From positions 2,170,001 to 2,234,000 of the forward strand of contig OZ281498.1 of assembly GCA_965637545.1 (NCBI GenBank): DNA of 64,000 nt. The letters are read 5' to 3'. This DNA comes from Phallusia mammillata. Its lineage: Eukaryota. The notes under the pieces are model-generated. The model was not told the DNA's origin. It worked only from the letters and a program-made list of their open reading frames with translations, and did not search any database. How positions within the stretch are numbered: the first letter of the stretch is position 1; each line of letters opens with the position of its first letter. Below, in pieces: positions 1 to 13,156 of this stretch. A program made the position numbers and the translations under genes.

Positions 1-863
1 CTAGATTGTGTAAAACTGTTGACGGTGATTGGGGTGATATTTTATAACAAAAATGACAATAAACCCAGTTTATAAACATTTAGTTCCAAACCCTATCCTT
101 GTCTCACTGTTAATTTGAATAACTTTGCTAAAACGCCATTTATCGGTATTTAGTAGGCCTTTTATGTTGTGAGTTCCTATGTTCGTAACTGTCGTGTAGT
201 CTTACGGTTGTACGCAACAAATTAATACACATCTCATGCAGGGGTAATTAAGACGAAATTTAGACAAAAATTTCCAAACCTAACTTGTACCCAGCCTAAC
301 TTAAAACTCTGAACTGGTGATGTGCATTAGACAAGGTGGATCAACTTGTTTGTTGTGATTACTCGCTTATCACAAGCTGCAAAAACATCAACAGATCATC
401 GAAATTATGATTGCGGCCGAACAAATGCCAAAATCGGCAAAGTTTGTTTGTTTTTGTTGCTTTAACGAGCCTTCTCGAAAGATGGATTCATTCCAACCAA
501 ATTTTGCAAACTGTTTGCAGACAAATCGAACCCAAATAATCATGTCCTAAAATCTTGCAAGAATTGGGTTTGTTAAAATTTGCTTAACTGATCATGAAAA
601 TTAGTGACAAACTATACAAAGTTTCAAATACATGCGAGTCCTGTAATTTTAATGTGTTGATATGTTAGTTATTAGTTGTATGTTTTATAAATATGGATGG
701 TAATCAATTCTTTAATATTGTATTTGACTAAGGAATAAGACAGACTGCGCACATAAAAAAGTGCCATACAAATGTAAGTACTGTATCTACATTAACAAAC
801 GAACTGGAGACGGAAACAAAATTATGTTCATTATTAAACACATTTACTACCTTTGTGGATTGT

Positions 864-940
864 TGAGTTTATTTCACTTGGTGAAAGCACACACATAGCG
901 ACACAATTGCACTAAAACAATCACCAAGCTGTAAATAACG
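864..940 (+). repeat. Dispersed repeat fragment (copies near 9095-9165 and 30786-30880)
   Basis: Shared ACATAGCGAC.CAATTGCACTAAAACAATCACCAAG core. Confidence 0.7.
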
Positions 941-2187
941 TTGATTAAAACTTTACAACTTTCCTCTTGCAACACCTTTAAGCAAAGAGCCCCGTTGTCT
1001 AGTTTGTTATTAAACATCAGTTATGAATTGTTTGGTGAACTTTCAACTTCATTCAGTCTGTTCGATCGACATTCAATTCTCGTTCCACCAGCGGTGGCGA
1101 ATTTGAACGATGACGTGTCCTCCTGGTTTCCGACTCAAGCACTGCGGCAAAACACACGAAACACAATCGCCCGTTTGTGCGCCGCTACGTTCATTCACTC
1201 AGCATTATGTTGGCAATAAACTTACATATTTGGGTGTTGTGTGGGTGGTTGTTAAGCGAGTTTTGTGAGGTTATAACCATGACACTTGGATTGAAGTTAT
1301 GCAATAATGCCAACACATAGAAATATAACGCCTGTCGCATGTTGTCTTATTGCGTGCTTATCTTGTACTACTTTGCTCAACCTTTCTGTCCCAGTCCAAA
1401 GTTGTTCTTTAGACTAAGTTTATCCTTCATATGTGCCTTTGCTTAAACCGCTAAAATTTAATGTGCACTCGATAATACGTAGATCTATTGACCTAGATAC
1501 TGCAGTACCATGATTGCTTTGTTTTATTATGAGGAGAGTTTATAGAAGCTTCTCAAACAAATGCTTTGGTCAAAACAACGTCCATTCGTCTTAATAACGG
1601 CGGTCGGTCAGTGTTGTTTTAAATGAGCCTTTCATTTCCCCACAAACCTTACGATCCATTGTGCAGATGCCAATAAATGTCCCTGGATCATAAACAACCG
1701 GTTTCGCGAGCGTTTGATGTCGGAAATATGCTTAGCAGCATGGCACGCGAATCCTTTTCGATTTTTTTATGGCGGAAATTGGACGTTTTAAAATCGCAGG
1801 TTTGCGAGAAGTAATGCGAGTCCACCAGTACTATACCACGATACGTTTTTCTAAACCTTTCGATTCATACATTTAATTTCGGCTAAACTAGATGTTCTCA
1901 ACTTTTCGTTTTCACGCTGGCCGATTTCAAAGACTGACTCCCGTATTTCTAATACACCGATCCCAAAAAATAATAAAATTCCTAGACTTACTTACATTGG
2001 CCCCCAAACTATGTTAAATTTCTACAGGTTGGTAAATATAAGACAATTACCCTGTAGAAAACCTCATATTTAAACTAGCAACATCACATGGAGCGGTGTT
2101 ATACAAGTGTAAATTTTGTGTGTTATACTACTGCTTTGTGTTTGAAGATATGCCATTATACTGATGAAGGCGTCTCGTATGTCCTAT

Positions 2188-2248
2188 ACGCCGTTTGTTT
2201 ATAATAAACTGCTAGAAACGCCGTTTGTTTATAATAAAACTGCTAGAA
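2188..2248 (+). repeat. 30-bp tandem duplication
   Basis: ACGCCGTTTGTTTATAATAAA(A)CTGCTAGAA twice in a row. Confidence 0.85.
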
Positions 2249-2799
2249 GAGCAATTGTTTATTGTATAAGTATGTAAGTAATGTTTTCATGGTTGGTTTA
2301 ATTTTTTTCCCACTTGTTTAATGCCAAACTCTACTTAAATATTCGGTTTGGTAAACTCTGCTAAATTTGACTTGCAGCACGCAACTGACAAAAATTTGGG
2401 CGCTGTTCTTGGGATTCGATCCCTTGACCACTGGAACTTAAATATCCCAGTTAAAACTGAAGCTATACACTTGCGAAATAGGGTTTAAGTGTTTGAACTC
2501 CTAAGTCATGTTTTCACTTTTTTGTGCCAATATAAATTGTGACGTCACACTAGCTGGACTATTCATCAGGAAACCAGTGAATAAGGAAACGTTTCTAAAA
2601 AAAACATTGTTTGTTAATCATCAATTACCAGCTTATGACGTCATCAACCCTGTTCCCCGATCCTTTAAGGGTTCGGACAAAGTACACGAGAAAGTTCATC
2701 GCTACCCTATGTCTGCCTCGAAGCAATGTTCTCAATACCAAATACTACAAACTGATGATTAAAGTAGTGTTAAACCTCATGTCTATATATAGTGCTAAA

Positions 2800-3263
2800 T
2801 AGTGATGGGACGAGTACCCGGTACTCGGTACTCGGTACTCGGTACTCGGTATCGATGGTATCGAACGATTTCAGTGGTATCGATACTCGTACTCGGTATC
2901 GAAATATTTTGTCTCAGTTTTCGATACCAACGTGCGAGTACCGAAGGCCGATTTACACCATAAGAATACGGGCAACTTTATGCCAATATTTACTTCGGAC
3001 AGCACAAAAGTGGAAAAAAGTTCCGCCAGTTTACGTATATCTTTTTCGCTATCACATGGAGATTACAATTTTCGGCATGTGTGTGTGCACGCCTGTATCC
3101 CGACCATATGGCAGATAAATTAGCCAGTGATATACAACTAAGTACAACACTACACTTAAGTACTCGATAATCGTACTCGGTACTCGGTATCGAAGGTATA
3201 TACATGTGGTACTCGTACTCGGTATCGGTGCTCGCTTCAAAACCTGGTATCGACCCATCACTA
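2800..3263. mobile_element. hAT-type MITE with GTACTCG/GTATCG subterminal repeats
   Basis: TIR TAGTGATGGG...CCCATCACTA; 8-bp TSD gtgctaaa (2792-2799) / gtgctgaa (3264-3271), 7 of 8 identical. Confidence 0.85.
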
Positions 3264-3678
3264 GTGCTGAATCATACAAGGCTAGTACCAGATTCCAGTG
3301 CTATAGTATGATTGCGCTTTATTGTTTCAGAATCACAAATGGACCTTAAAGTTGGACCCAAAAGCTGTAATCTTGGCCAATCTAAATTTATTTTCCACGG
3401 GGTTCGAACCCAGGACACTCCCGGGGACGAATCCCAATCAGGGTTTTTAAAAGCCCGAATTACCTTTTTTGCCATTTATTAACAAGGAAGAAAAACATAC
3501 GCAATGGGAAGGGTAAAAAAAACATACGCAATGGGATGGTTATAGATAAGTAGCGACGAAAAATTAAAGACCTGCCCATTTTGCTTTATATATGGGAAGG
3601 TTCTTGCTATTTAAAGCCGCAATGTATTCAGATTTCTTGACTGATTTCACAGTGTGGAGGAACAGCGAGAGTTTATTC

Positions 3679-4202
3679 CAGGGGTCTCAAACTCAAACTG
3701 CTTTGAGGGCCAAAAACAAACTTTTAAGTAAGCCGAGGGCCGCACTTTCGAAACATTTGTTACAGACTGTAACCTACAGTGTAGCATGACAATAAACATA
3801 TTGCGTGATTAAAAAGAGAAATGTTCATTATTCCTATTATCTTTATTATAAAACAATATTGTAGTAAATAACAAACAAATATACAGTGTAGCAAAGTGAA
3901 AGAGCCTGCTGTGTTTTATTGCTTTGGTGTGGAAACAATGGCATACAGTGACACAACAATGAAAAAAATGACGCAACAATCGCAATTGCTGATTCTAAAG
4001 ATGAACTATTTCGATCATGCCATTTAAACGTTGCAAATACCACTATCAAAGAATGATTAGGTCTATATCATGTAAACTCATTGGTTTTACAGGGTCTTCC
4101 GCCCTCGTAAAACACATATCTTCTAAAAGTTCCTTTCGCGGGCCGCACAAAAACCCTTGGAGGGCCGCATGTGGCCCGCAGGCCGCGTGTTTGAGACCCT
4201 TG
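3679..4202. mobile_element. Charlie-like hAT non-autonomous element
   Basis: Termini CAGGGGTCTCAAAC...GTTTGAGACCCTTG with GGCCCGC subterminal motifs; no clear TSD. Confidence 0.75.
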
Positions 4203-5464
4203 GTCTGGGAAGTGTTTTCGCGTAGCCCGAGTTACTGAATCCAGGGCAAGTATGATGTTAGTCGTGCGGCATATAATGGACACTGTTTGGAAGTTTAGGA
4301 TGGCAACTTGGCCCCTGATATAATAACAACCTTCCGATGTAAGATGTTTCGACCTCGCCCTCGCAAAACTGGAAACGCCCTTGAGCCTGATAATGTGAGT
4401 GGATTTCCACTCGAGAAGTTGTTGGTTAAAGTCTGGGCAATGTTGACTTAAACGGAATTTTTACTTGAATTTAGCCTATGTGTTGAGTTTCAAACGTTCC
4501 TAAAAACACTTTCGGCCAACTTGGTCGATCTTATGGTGACGAATGTATACCTTGAACCATAAAACCGCCGTTTTCTGTAATTACAAGATAACTGTGACAG
4601 TTTAACGCAAACCGGTTTAAATCTATGTAGATAAGTTCATGTGTGGGACCATGGAAATGCTTGGGAGACCGGCATGATTCGGTGTAACGCCGGTAATAGG
4701 TCTGCGTTCTTTGATGCCTAAATTTCTTGATTGGTTTAATTGTTCAAAAGGGCTGGATTTTGACTTTTGGACAAGTCAAAAAACGAGCTTTGGTGTGGGC
4801 CGTTGTGGTCCGCTAGGTTTGAAACTTATCCAAACAAACACAGTGAAATTATCTTGAAATTTAGATTGATACACAACTTGAGTTGATACTACCGTAAATA
4901 TGGTAATAACCAAGAGTTCTAACCGAAAAACATTTCTGAAGTTCTACTGTTAAAAATCGTTGCAAACCTTGAAGTTTATTTTTAGTGCATTTTGTCCCAA
5001 TTTTGGGTCCGCACAAAAGATTGTCCTAATTTTATCATCTACCGGGCTCAGTTTAAACATCTATACATCAAACGTTGTTGAAGCCTGTCTAACTTTTATC
5101 GAGTTAACCCAGATAAAGTTTTTTTGCTTCTACCGGAGCGATCGCGTCCAGCCTGTGTGACGTCACTATGCTTTACAGCGTCCGCCGCCTTTTATGTTTC
5201 TGCGCCGGTCAGCAACGTTGGGACAATAATGTGCCGAGACTTTAACAGCAGGCGAGTTCGGTCGCCCTTCAAATATTAACTTTTCCCGCAAACAAAGCGA
5301 ATAGAACGTGCCCGACGCGATTTTAAAACTTCACATCGGTTCATGTAGGAGATTGCAAGTAGCATAGTTCTGCTCGCACGGGGACTGCACACATTTTGCC
5401 CCAATATATTGCTTGGCAAAAAAAGTGCAAAGCTTATAAAGTCATAGACTGAGAAAGCGCTATG

Positions 5465-5695
5465 TTCGATTGCATTAAGCTCGTTGGAAAACCCGCTAAA
5501 CGCTTGCAAAGTCGTGCATAAAGCAAGCGCTATGGTTCACTGCAAGAAGCTCGTTGGGGAACCCGCTTTGAGCTTGCAGAGTCGTGCATGTAACAAGCGC
5601 CATGATTGACTGCACAAAGCTCGTTGGGGAACCCGCTTTAAGCTTGCAAAGTCTTGCATATAACAAGCGCTTTAGTTGACTGCACGAAGCTTTTA
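5465..5695 (+). repeat. Tandem array of a 70-bp unit (consensus core TTGACTGCACGAAGCTCGTTGGGGAACCCGCTTT..GCTTGCAAAGTCGTGCAT.TAACAAGCGC.ATG)
   Basis: Units start at about 5465, 5535, 5605 and 5675 (last one partial); a further copy lies near 5803-5880. Confidence 0.85.
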
Positions 5696-8014
5696 CTGAC
5701 GATAAGTAACAACCGACATGGTGAATTAGCTCGAAACCTATATAAACGTTTTTTGTCGTGTCTGCAAACAAGCCTGTGAAACATCATTAGAAAAACGTGT
5801 ACAAAGTCGTGCACGAAAGAGCGATTTGGTTGATTGCACGAAGCTGGTTACTAAACCCGCTTCAAGTCGTGCATGTGAAAACACCAGTTCTTGCAACAAT
5901 ATGTTTTCGGGCTTAAACCATTTCAACTTTTGTTGGTTTAACATTTTCCTGCCGTCCGTCAACCAAATCCCCGGTATCCGGTATCTTAAATTGTAAAAGT
6001 TACGTCATAATTGTTGATTGACGAATCACAGTGGGTCACGGTCGGTTGATTTGCGAACAGAGCCAGCGTGTGTTTTTTTGTTTCCAATCTCAACCCTGTG
6101 ATTTTTCTGCGGTCAAAACTCAGTCCAATGTGATTTATCAACACCGAGGCGCGAAGTTTAGCGTGGGAACGCACTTGCAGACTTTATACGAGCTCGTAGA
6201 AGGCAAATTATGACGTCATGCCAAGTTTGTTCTGTGTCTCGTGTCGGGACAGCCGGAAAACCATTTTCTGACTCATATTTTTTCAAGCGCCCAAAACGTC
6301 AGTAAAAATGGGAAGTAAGAATAAAATGATTATTATGCCAAATAATGTTTGAAACAATAAAAAAGCGGCGCAGAAAATCCTACGCCAAACAGAATCAACT
6401 GCCATACGCAATTTTCGTACATATATTTAACCAAAGGTGTTTAGGCATCTTCAGTTTCTTATTTAAATGGATTAAAAGTTAAAGCGAAGTACACTCGACT
6501 TACACAATTTGTTTTTATACGACGCCTGGAAACAGGATTAAAACTACTTCGTTCAGTCCACTCAGTCAAAATCTCACTTAAGACTTCCATGGACCAAGTC
6601 ATACATCTGCCTGCAACCTATCCTGACAATAACACACTTCATTGCAGTAAGCTGGTTGCTTAACCCGCTTCATATGCGACATACTCTGCGATTAAATACA
6701 CGAAGCTAGTTTGTTGCAACATTTTTCAGAACCTTTTAGTTAAATTACATTTTTTTCTACTCCGATGGCATCAAAGTGGTGAAATCACATCAACGTTGCC
6801 ATAACTTACCTACTAAAAGCCAAAATGGCTGGGCTTAGGATTTAACTATACATGAAACTATGGTTTTAAATCCATACTTGTTTTGTTCAAATACTTTTTT
6901 GGTTAAATTACACTGTGTGTAGATGAAGTCATTGTAGTGACATCACACTAACGTTGTCAAATATTATTTGATAAAAGCAACCTTAACGATTTTTATAACT
7001 TTGATGTTGACTGACGAGTTTGGAAATTTTCGCGAAAGGAACGAAACCAAATAAACAAAGTTGGGTCGGTTGAAAAACGCCGCCAAATCTTGACACATCT
7101 TGCTCGTATCAGACGAAACAAATTTTCACCTTTCAATATCAAAGTCGACTATGATGTCATACACGAGTGGTTGTGATATAATATGCCCCTTTTTAACACC
7201 CCAGCACGTGTATATAAATCAACTGAAATTTTATCCGAATAATTTTAGATGTGTAGTGGGAAAGTCAGGTTCTGATTTTTATTATTGAAAGAGTTATTTA
7301 TTGATGCTAACTGTTGGTAATATTCGTTCTTATTATTCTTTCGTGTTTTTATTTTTCGTATTTCGGCTACAGTCAGCATCAAATTGAGCTCACTGCATAA
7401 AAAAGACATGTTGAAGAGCATGAAGCCAATAAATGATAAGCTGCAGAGAGTGCCCACTGTTTCGACCAATAAGCTTTTTAGTGCGGCTGGTGACATGACA
7501 TATTGAACCAAGTTTAATTGTGCAAGGTCAGCACATTTTGAATGCAGACCAAATTCCGAAACTTGCATTTTTGCGGCTATTCGTTTGATGTTGCTTTCTG
7601 GGGGTTCATTACCCCCTATTTGCTACTGTATGGGTTTAGGGGTGAGCCTTCCGCCCCGCCCCTGCTATTTCGGGGGTTTTAATTATCTTCAAGACACCCG
7701 TATCCGGGGGTCAAGCGAGACCCACTTAACCCAGCTACCCCACCCACCTTTTTCTCGCTGCATGAGCGGAAGGTATTTTGACGGAAATGTGGAACAATAT
7801 AATCTGTTTTGGGAAATCGGATTTTGATTTCAAACAGAACGATTTGTTTTCATATTGTAAATGGTATTGGGGGTAATAATTCAAAGTCTAATTTTAGGTA
7901 AAAATGCGCTAAATAGAATTCATATTTACCTTGATTTACATGCTGGGATTATTTCACAAGGGAGTTGTAATCGTAGTTTTAAGTCATTAATCTCAACATT
8001 ACCACCAATTCAGT

Positions 8015-8290
8015 TTGAACTGCACGAAGCTCGTTTAGAAAACCCGCTTTGGCATGCAAAGTCCTGTATGTATAACTCGCGTTATGGTTGTCCAGTAGAT
8101 CGATTTTGGTGTGCAAAACTGTACAAGTAACAAATGCACTATGGTTAACTGCACGAAGCTCGTTAAGAAACCCGCTTAGCATGCACAGACGTGTATGTAA
8201 CACGCACTGTATGATTGACAGCTCGAAACAGGACACTTGTTTGAAACGTGCAAAGCCGTGCACCAAAAATCACACCACGAAGCTCGTTGT
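8015..8290 (+). repeat. Degenerate copies of the same 70-bp unit
   Basis: CTGCACGAAGCTCGTT..GAAACCCGCTT cores near 8020 and 8149. Confidence 0.75.
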
Positions 8291-11200
8291 AAATCTTCCA
8301 CAGGATAACATGGGCATTCTAATTAAACCAGCATCAACCACACCTTGCAAAAAATCTCCACAAGCCGCTTTTGAAGTTGGATGTCATTGTCCGAATTTCC
8401 TTCCCGTATTTCCGACTGACAGAAGAGAACAAAGTTTGCTTTCCACAGTCGGTTTTGTTGAAGCAACGAAAGCTTCTGATCACAAACCGAGCGCGAACGG
8501 GTTTCCATCGAATCCTTTCATCTACTTTTGTTTGCCGGAGGTGGCCGCGATGTTGTTGTGATAATTATTACCCGCTACAGGACAGCGGGAAGGTGGTTTT
8601 GGAAGTTATTTCGCAAGCCGTTGTGCTGTCCTTCCTTAAAACGTCCCTTAACTGGTTTTACCTTTGAAAAATGACGGTTGTCCATCTTATCATTGACTCC
8701 TAACCTATTTGTAAGGACGAAACATTAATGTTAATTTATGTTTGCCTTTACTTAAATTACTCACTTTTTTATAAAAATGCATTTAATTAACCATCGTGCC
8801 TGCGCTTGGGAGTAGTTAAAGCGAAAATAATAACCACTGTTCCATAAGCATCGTGCCTATGAGAAGGTTAAAGTAAAATTAAATGTTTTCAATTGTGGGT
8901 AAAATGGGTTGAGTTTAAAAACATAGAAAAACAATTGCACTAAAACATTTAAGCACCAATGTGGAAATCGCAAGAAAAAAATGTAAGAAATTTCATGAAA
9001 GTGGAGGGATAAGTTAGTTGGTTGATCAAGTTTAAACGCGCCATACACCATATATTGCATTTTGTTGAAAAGTGGGTAGTTTAATCGACGAAAAAAACAT
9101 AGCGACACAATTTCAATCACTAACAAACACTAAGTCGGAGTAAGCTGCGCAACATTAAAACGTTATGACGTTTAATAAGGTGGAGGACTTTGGTAGGGTA
9201 GGCTAAGGTTATAATACGCTATCCGGTATTGTACCAATATCTACATACAAGTTAATGAAGCCATAATTAACAGCAATTATCTGAAATTAGTGATTAGTTT
9301 AAACCCCGGGCGGCTTCAGGAAAATCAACAAAACCTTACACGGGCAATTTGGCCAGAAAACAGCTCAGAACTTCGTTGGCCTAACGTTGTGGTTTCGTCA
9401 CAATCCCAGTGTACACGTAATAATCGTTGTTGTTGTCATTTGGAATGTGTGACAAGGTGAGTTGAATTAAATAAGTGACAAATTATTGGAAACAGTTGAA
9501 AGAATATTGTACTTGCCGGTTTTCGTTTCTAAATTGCCTCGCAAATAAGGTTAGCAATACAACGTATTAAACCATTTGTTTTAGCCCATTTTTAATTAAT
9601 AACTTAGTCAAAGGAGGAAAGAGTATGTCAAAAGGCCCATTTAAATTAAAACGAATCGTTGCTGAAAAACAACGGACAAACATTCCGCTATTGGAAATTC
9701 AATGAAATCAGCACAAATTAATAAAACTCAATATTAATACGTTACAATATCATGGTTGGAAATAGATAAAACTCCGATTTTAACAATCAGAAACAATACA
9801 AATTTCCAAATTATTTTATAGTAAACAAAGCACTAAATGTGAGTGTAAACGTTTAAACAACGCTGATATTATTCGAAACATGGTTTAGAGTTAATTTCAA
9901 TTGGGCAAAATCCCAACGCATGGCTAAATTCGAGCTGGACTCAATACGTGTGAATTTAAGGTGGTCGTAGTAAAAAGTTGAAACGGGCACAAAACGCCGG
10001 CCGGCCTGTGGGATGCGACGAGATAAGGAGAGAGAAAGGAAGAAAGGAAAAAGAGAGGAGTGCGTGAGAAGAAGGCAATCGTCCTCTGGCGAGAGTGGGA
10101 AAAACGCCGGCGAGTTTTTGGCTCGCAATTCTGCTCATGGTTTGATTTTGGTTTTTGTGTAAGTTTCAGGGCTTTCTAGTCAAATGTTGCAAACATTCAT
10201 GTTCGCTCAGGAATTGCGGATTGCATTGTATTGCTTTAAATGTTTGTGTGATTACTTGTTGTACCGACTGTCTTTTCTAAGTTCTTGAGCTTACTTAAGT
10301 ATTGTTTATTGGATAAGTTAGGTCTGTTAAAGTTAGGTGTAGTTGCCAGTTAAGCTTGTACTGATTAATACTTGCAGCAAACAGTTCATTTGAGCACACG
10401 ACTGATAGTTGAAAGTGTGATTTTTATCATTTAAAACTCGCAATGAAACATGTGGCTGTAGTAAGGTGTTGGATGGTTTGCACAAAACGCAGTTTTCTAA
10501 CAGCAGACAAGACAACTATTGATGCCGGGCGGTTTCAAATTGTTGCCGAAAATCGAGGTGCAATATCCCGCCAAAGCTTGAACTTAATTGTAAGGTGTCA
10601 TGGTGTAAGTCATGAAACGTATACATGTTGATGCAACTTCTAGTATAGTTGCCATAGGACAAATTGTTTTGCGCAAATTAAAAGATTAGGTTTAAAATAC
10701 AACACCATGCGACAAATGGGTAATTGAGCTGGGGGCGTTGGTAAAGAAATACCGGACACCGTAACATAAATACTTGCATAGATTGCACATTCTCAGCGCA
10801 TACAAAAATTTATGTTGCGCTTAATTTATTGTGTGCTCTCGCTAATATTGTATTGTTCGTAGTGGTTATCTGTTTGCTCAGGGAGATTGTGTATATGCCC
10901 AGACACGTGAAAATCTATGCTATGCATAAACTGGTGTATGGCCATAACGTGCACATCTAATGTTGCTCGCTGTGGTCCTCAGTGCAGTCAGGAGAGCGTG
11001 TGTATTCCCAGACACACGAACGGGACTTTGGTCCACAGAGTTCAACGTATCTCGTTCACCGTTTAACGGTCGTTTCCCAGTCAAGTTCAGCTTAAACAGA
11101 GTATTTGAGTTTAAGAGGTGGAATTAGGTCAATGAGGCTGCGAATTTTCCTGCCGTGCTTTGGTTTTTTGACAGCTGCCTTGAAACAATGGCGACTTGCC

Positions 11201-12939
11201 TTTGCCGTCGGAAAAACGAATCGCTCGTTTGTTTATCTTATTTGCGCGATTAATTATGACTTAACAAGTGAATGGCAGACAATAAATTAATGCATGACAG
11301 GTTTACGTTAGACGCTGTCTTTGGTGCCATTACCGTTGAAATACGATGAGCATTTTTGGTCAAAAAACGAGGCTTTTTCACCTAATTCAAGTGAACAAAG
11401 TTGACTTTGTATCAGAATAATAACAATGATACATTGTTACTGTGTTTGTTTTTAAATAAACGTTTCAATAATCGCTTTTGTTGTACTTGGTACAAATACA
11501 TTACAGTTTTTGATAATTTTTTACATTTTGCAAAAACGTTTTTAACTACCACTTCTGCAAACGTTTAAAACTACATCGTGTGTAGATTTCAAAGGCATAG
11601 TTTTGCCGCTTATTTGGCACAGAATCATGCTAAACTAAATGCTTGAATGCATACCTACTTCTTTATTTTGCCGTAGAAAAAAACTTTGAACCATAAAAAT
11701 GTATGTAATACACAAAAACATGAGAATTGCATTGGAGTTATTTATCACTTCTGAGAAACCCGTGTGAGTGATAGAGAGAAACATTGCAGAGTTGAAACTT
11801 TATGACTTGTTTGCTGTGATTGTTTTATACTGGGCGTTTATGAGAAATGCATTAAAACATGGCTCGTAAAATTGCTTCTCGGTTAAAAGTTGGCACGTTC
11901 GCTCTCGTGCTTATTATTATGCTTGCGTAATAACAACATAAATTTGAGTAACAATTTGTGTTTGCCAATCGCTATCTCTGTAGTTAGTATTGGGGAGTTA
12001 TTGCAACTTGTCTGTGTGTTGTTGTTATTATTCTTGTGGTCGAGAAAGGTTTTAATTGTGAACACAATTTCGTAAACATTAGAATCAGCACTGTTTTTGC
12101 ATAAGCTCCAATGTCATTAAACTTATGACTTGAAATTGACCAACGTTAACATCAGAAAGCTCTTCTTCAATGTTGCTGACAATTGCGTCAAGTTCAATAA
12201 ACTTCCGTCAAATGTAGTTGTCAATGTAGTTGCTTTTCAAACAACTAATACAATTCACAACTAGAAATGTAGTTGTCAAAAGTACGCCAGGCCTATTAAA
12301 GGGTTGTACCGAATCAACCGGTCACCAAGCATTCTCATATGGCTGGCACAGGCTAGAAAAATCTAGTTGTGAATTGCATTAGTTGTTTAGAATGCAAAGT
12401 TTTGAAAGCGTTTGTCAGCGCTATTCGTCCAACCGAGCAAGACTTACTCGGAAATTCTAATATTAGGCCTTAATGCTGTGACCAGTATGACTTAACAATG
12501 TAACGTCGTTTGTGTTTTGTTTCAGCCCGGGCCAGTTTGGTAGCAGAATAGAGTGGGATCGGCTGATATCGGTGACACCGGCCATTAGCGGAGCTGATAA
12601 GTCGAGTTTCTTGCTGAATTCACTCAATCGGGGATTACACTGACCACTGGCTGAGGAACAAGCACTTGAGTGTGTGTGATAATAAGTCCACTTAGGTGAT
12701 TACTTTTATTGCGGCTTGTCAACCTTATCTGGCAATGTGATAGAATGATAGAAATCACTTGGGTGCCTTGGAAGTGGGCAGTTTGTTTCGGACAACGACG
12801 TTCCTTTCATCCGACAGTGTAAAGGGATTTTATCAAGAGGATTCAGCAATTTTGTCTACAGACAAGGATTTTGATTAATTTTATTTTCCGCCGGAAGTGG
12901 AGTAGTATTTCCCGCAAGATTTTGAGCTGGACCTCGATC

Positions 12940-13156
12940 ATGCGCAAGACGCGGACACAGAGCATTGCGTCTGCCGCCCAATCGGCTCTTGTATTCGGAT
13001 TATTATGTTTATGTCAACATACAGTAACATTGCGCGCCACAAACGTAAAGGAAATCAGTCGGACGACGTCGAAGTTGGAAACCGAGGACCGCGTGGCGCC
13101 AAAACTGGACGCCCTGAAGTTTCAGGCGCCGAATGGAGGACAGTCCGTGTTAAAAG
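12940..13156 (+). CDS. ADAMTS9: Coding exon 1: signal peptide and start of prodomain ([27 protein letters not shown]...QSVLK)
   Basis: ATG at 12940, hydrophobic core [10 protein letters not shown], donor AAAG/GTAGGA in phase 1 matching exon 2. Confidence 0.75.

Noticed and set aside
1050-2030. Possible spliced minus-strand transcript (GTAAG donors near 1225, 1651 and 1995; acceptor near 1142)
   Set aside because: Joining the segments gave stops or only a 47-aa peptide with no family motif, and several acceptors lack pyrimidine tracts. A non-coding or UTR transcript cannot be excluded without RNA data.
2400-3420. tRNA-like T-loop motifs (GGGATTCGATCCC, GGTTCGAACCC)
   Set aside because: No acceptor stem, D-arm or anticodon arm could be folded; treated as SINE-like remnants.
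5465-5695. Regularly spaced repeats resembling a CRISPR array
   Set aside because: The whole 70-bp unit repeats with no unique spacers, there are no cas genes, and the context is eukaryotic.
12871-12939. Upstream TTG start used by the ORF track for exon 1
   Set aside because: Non-ATG start is a prokaryote-style call; ATG at 12940 leads directly into the signal peptide.
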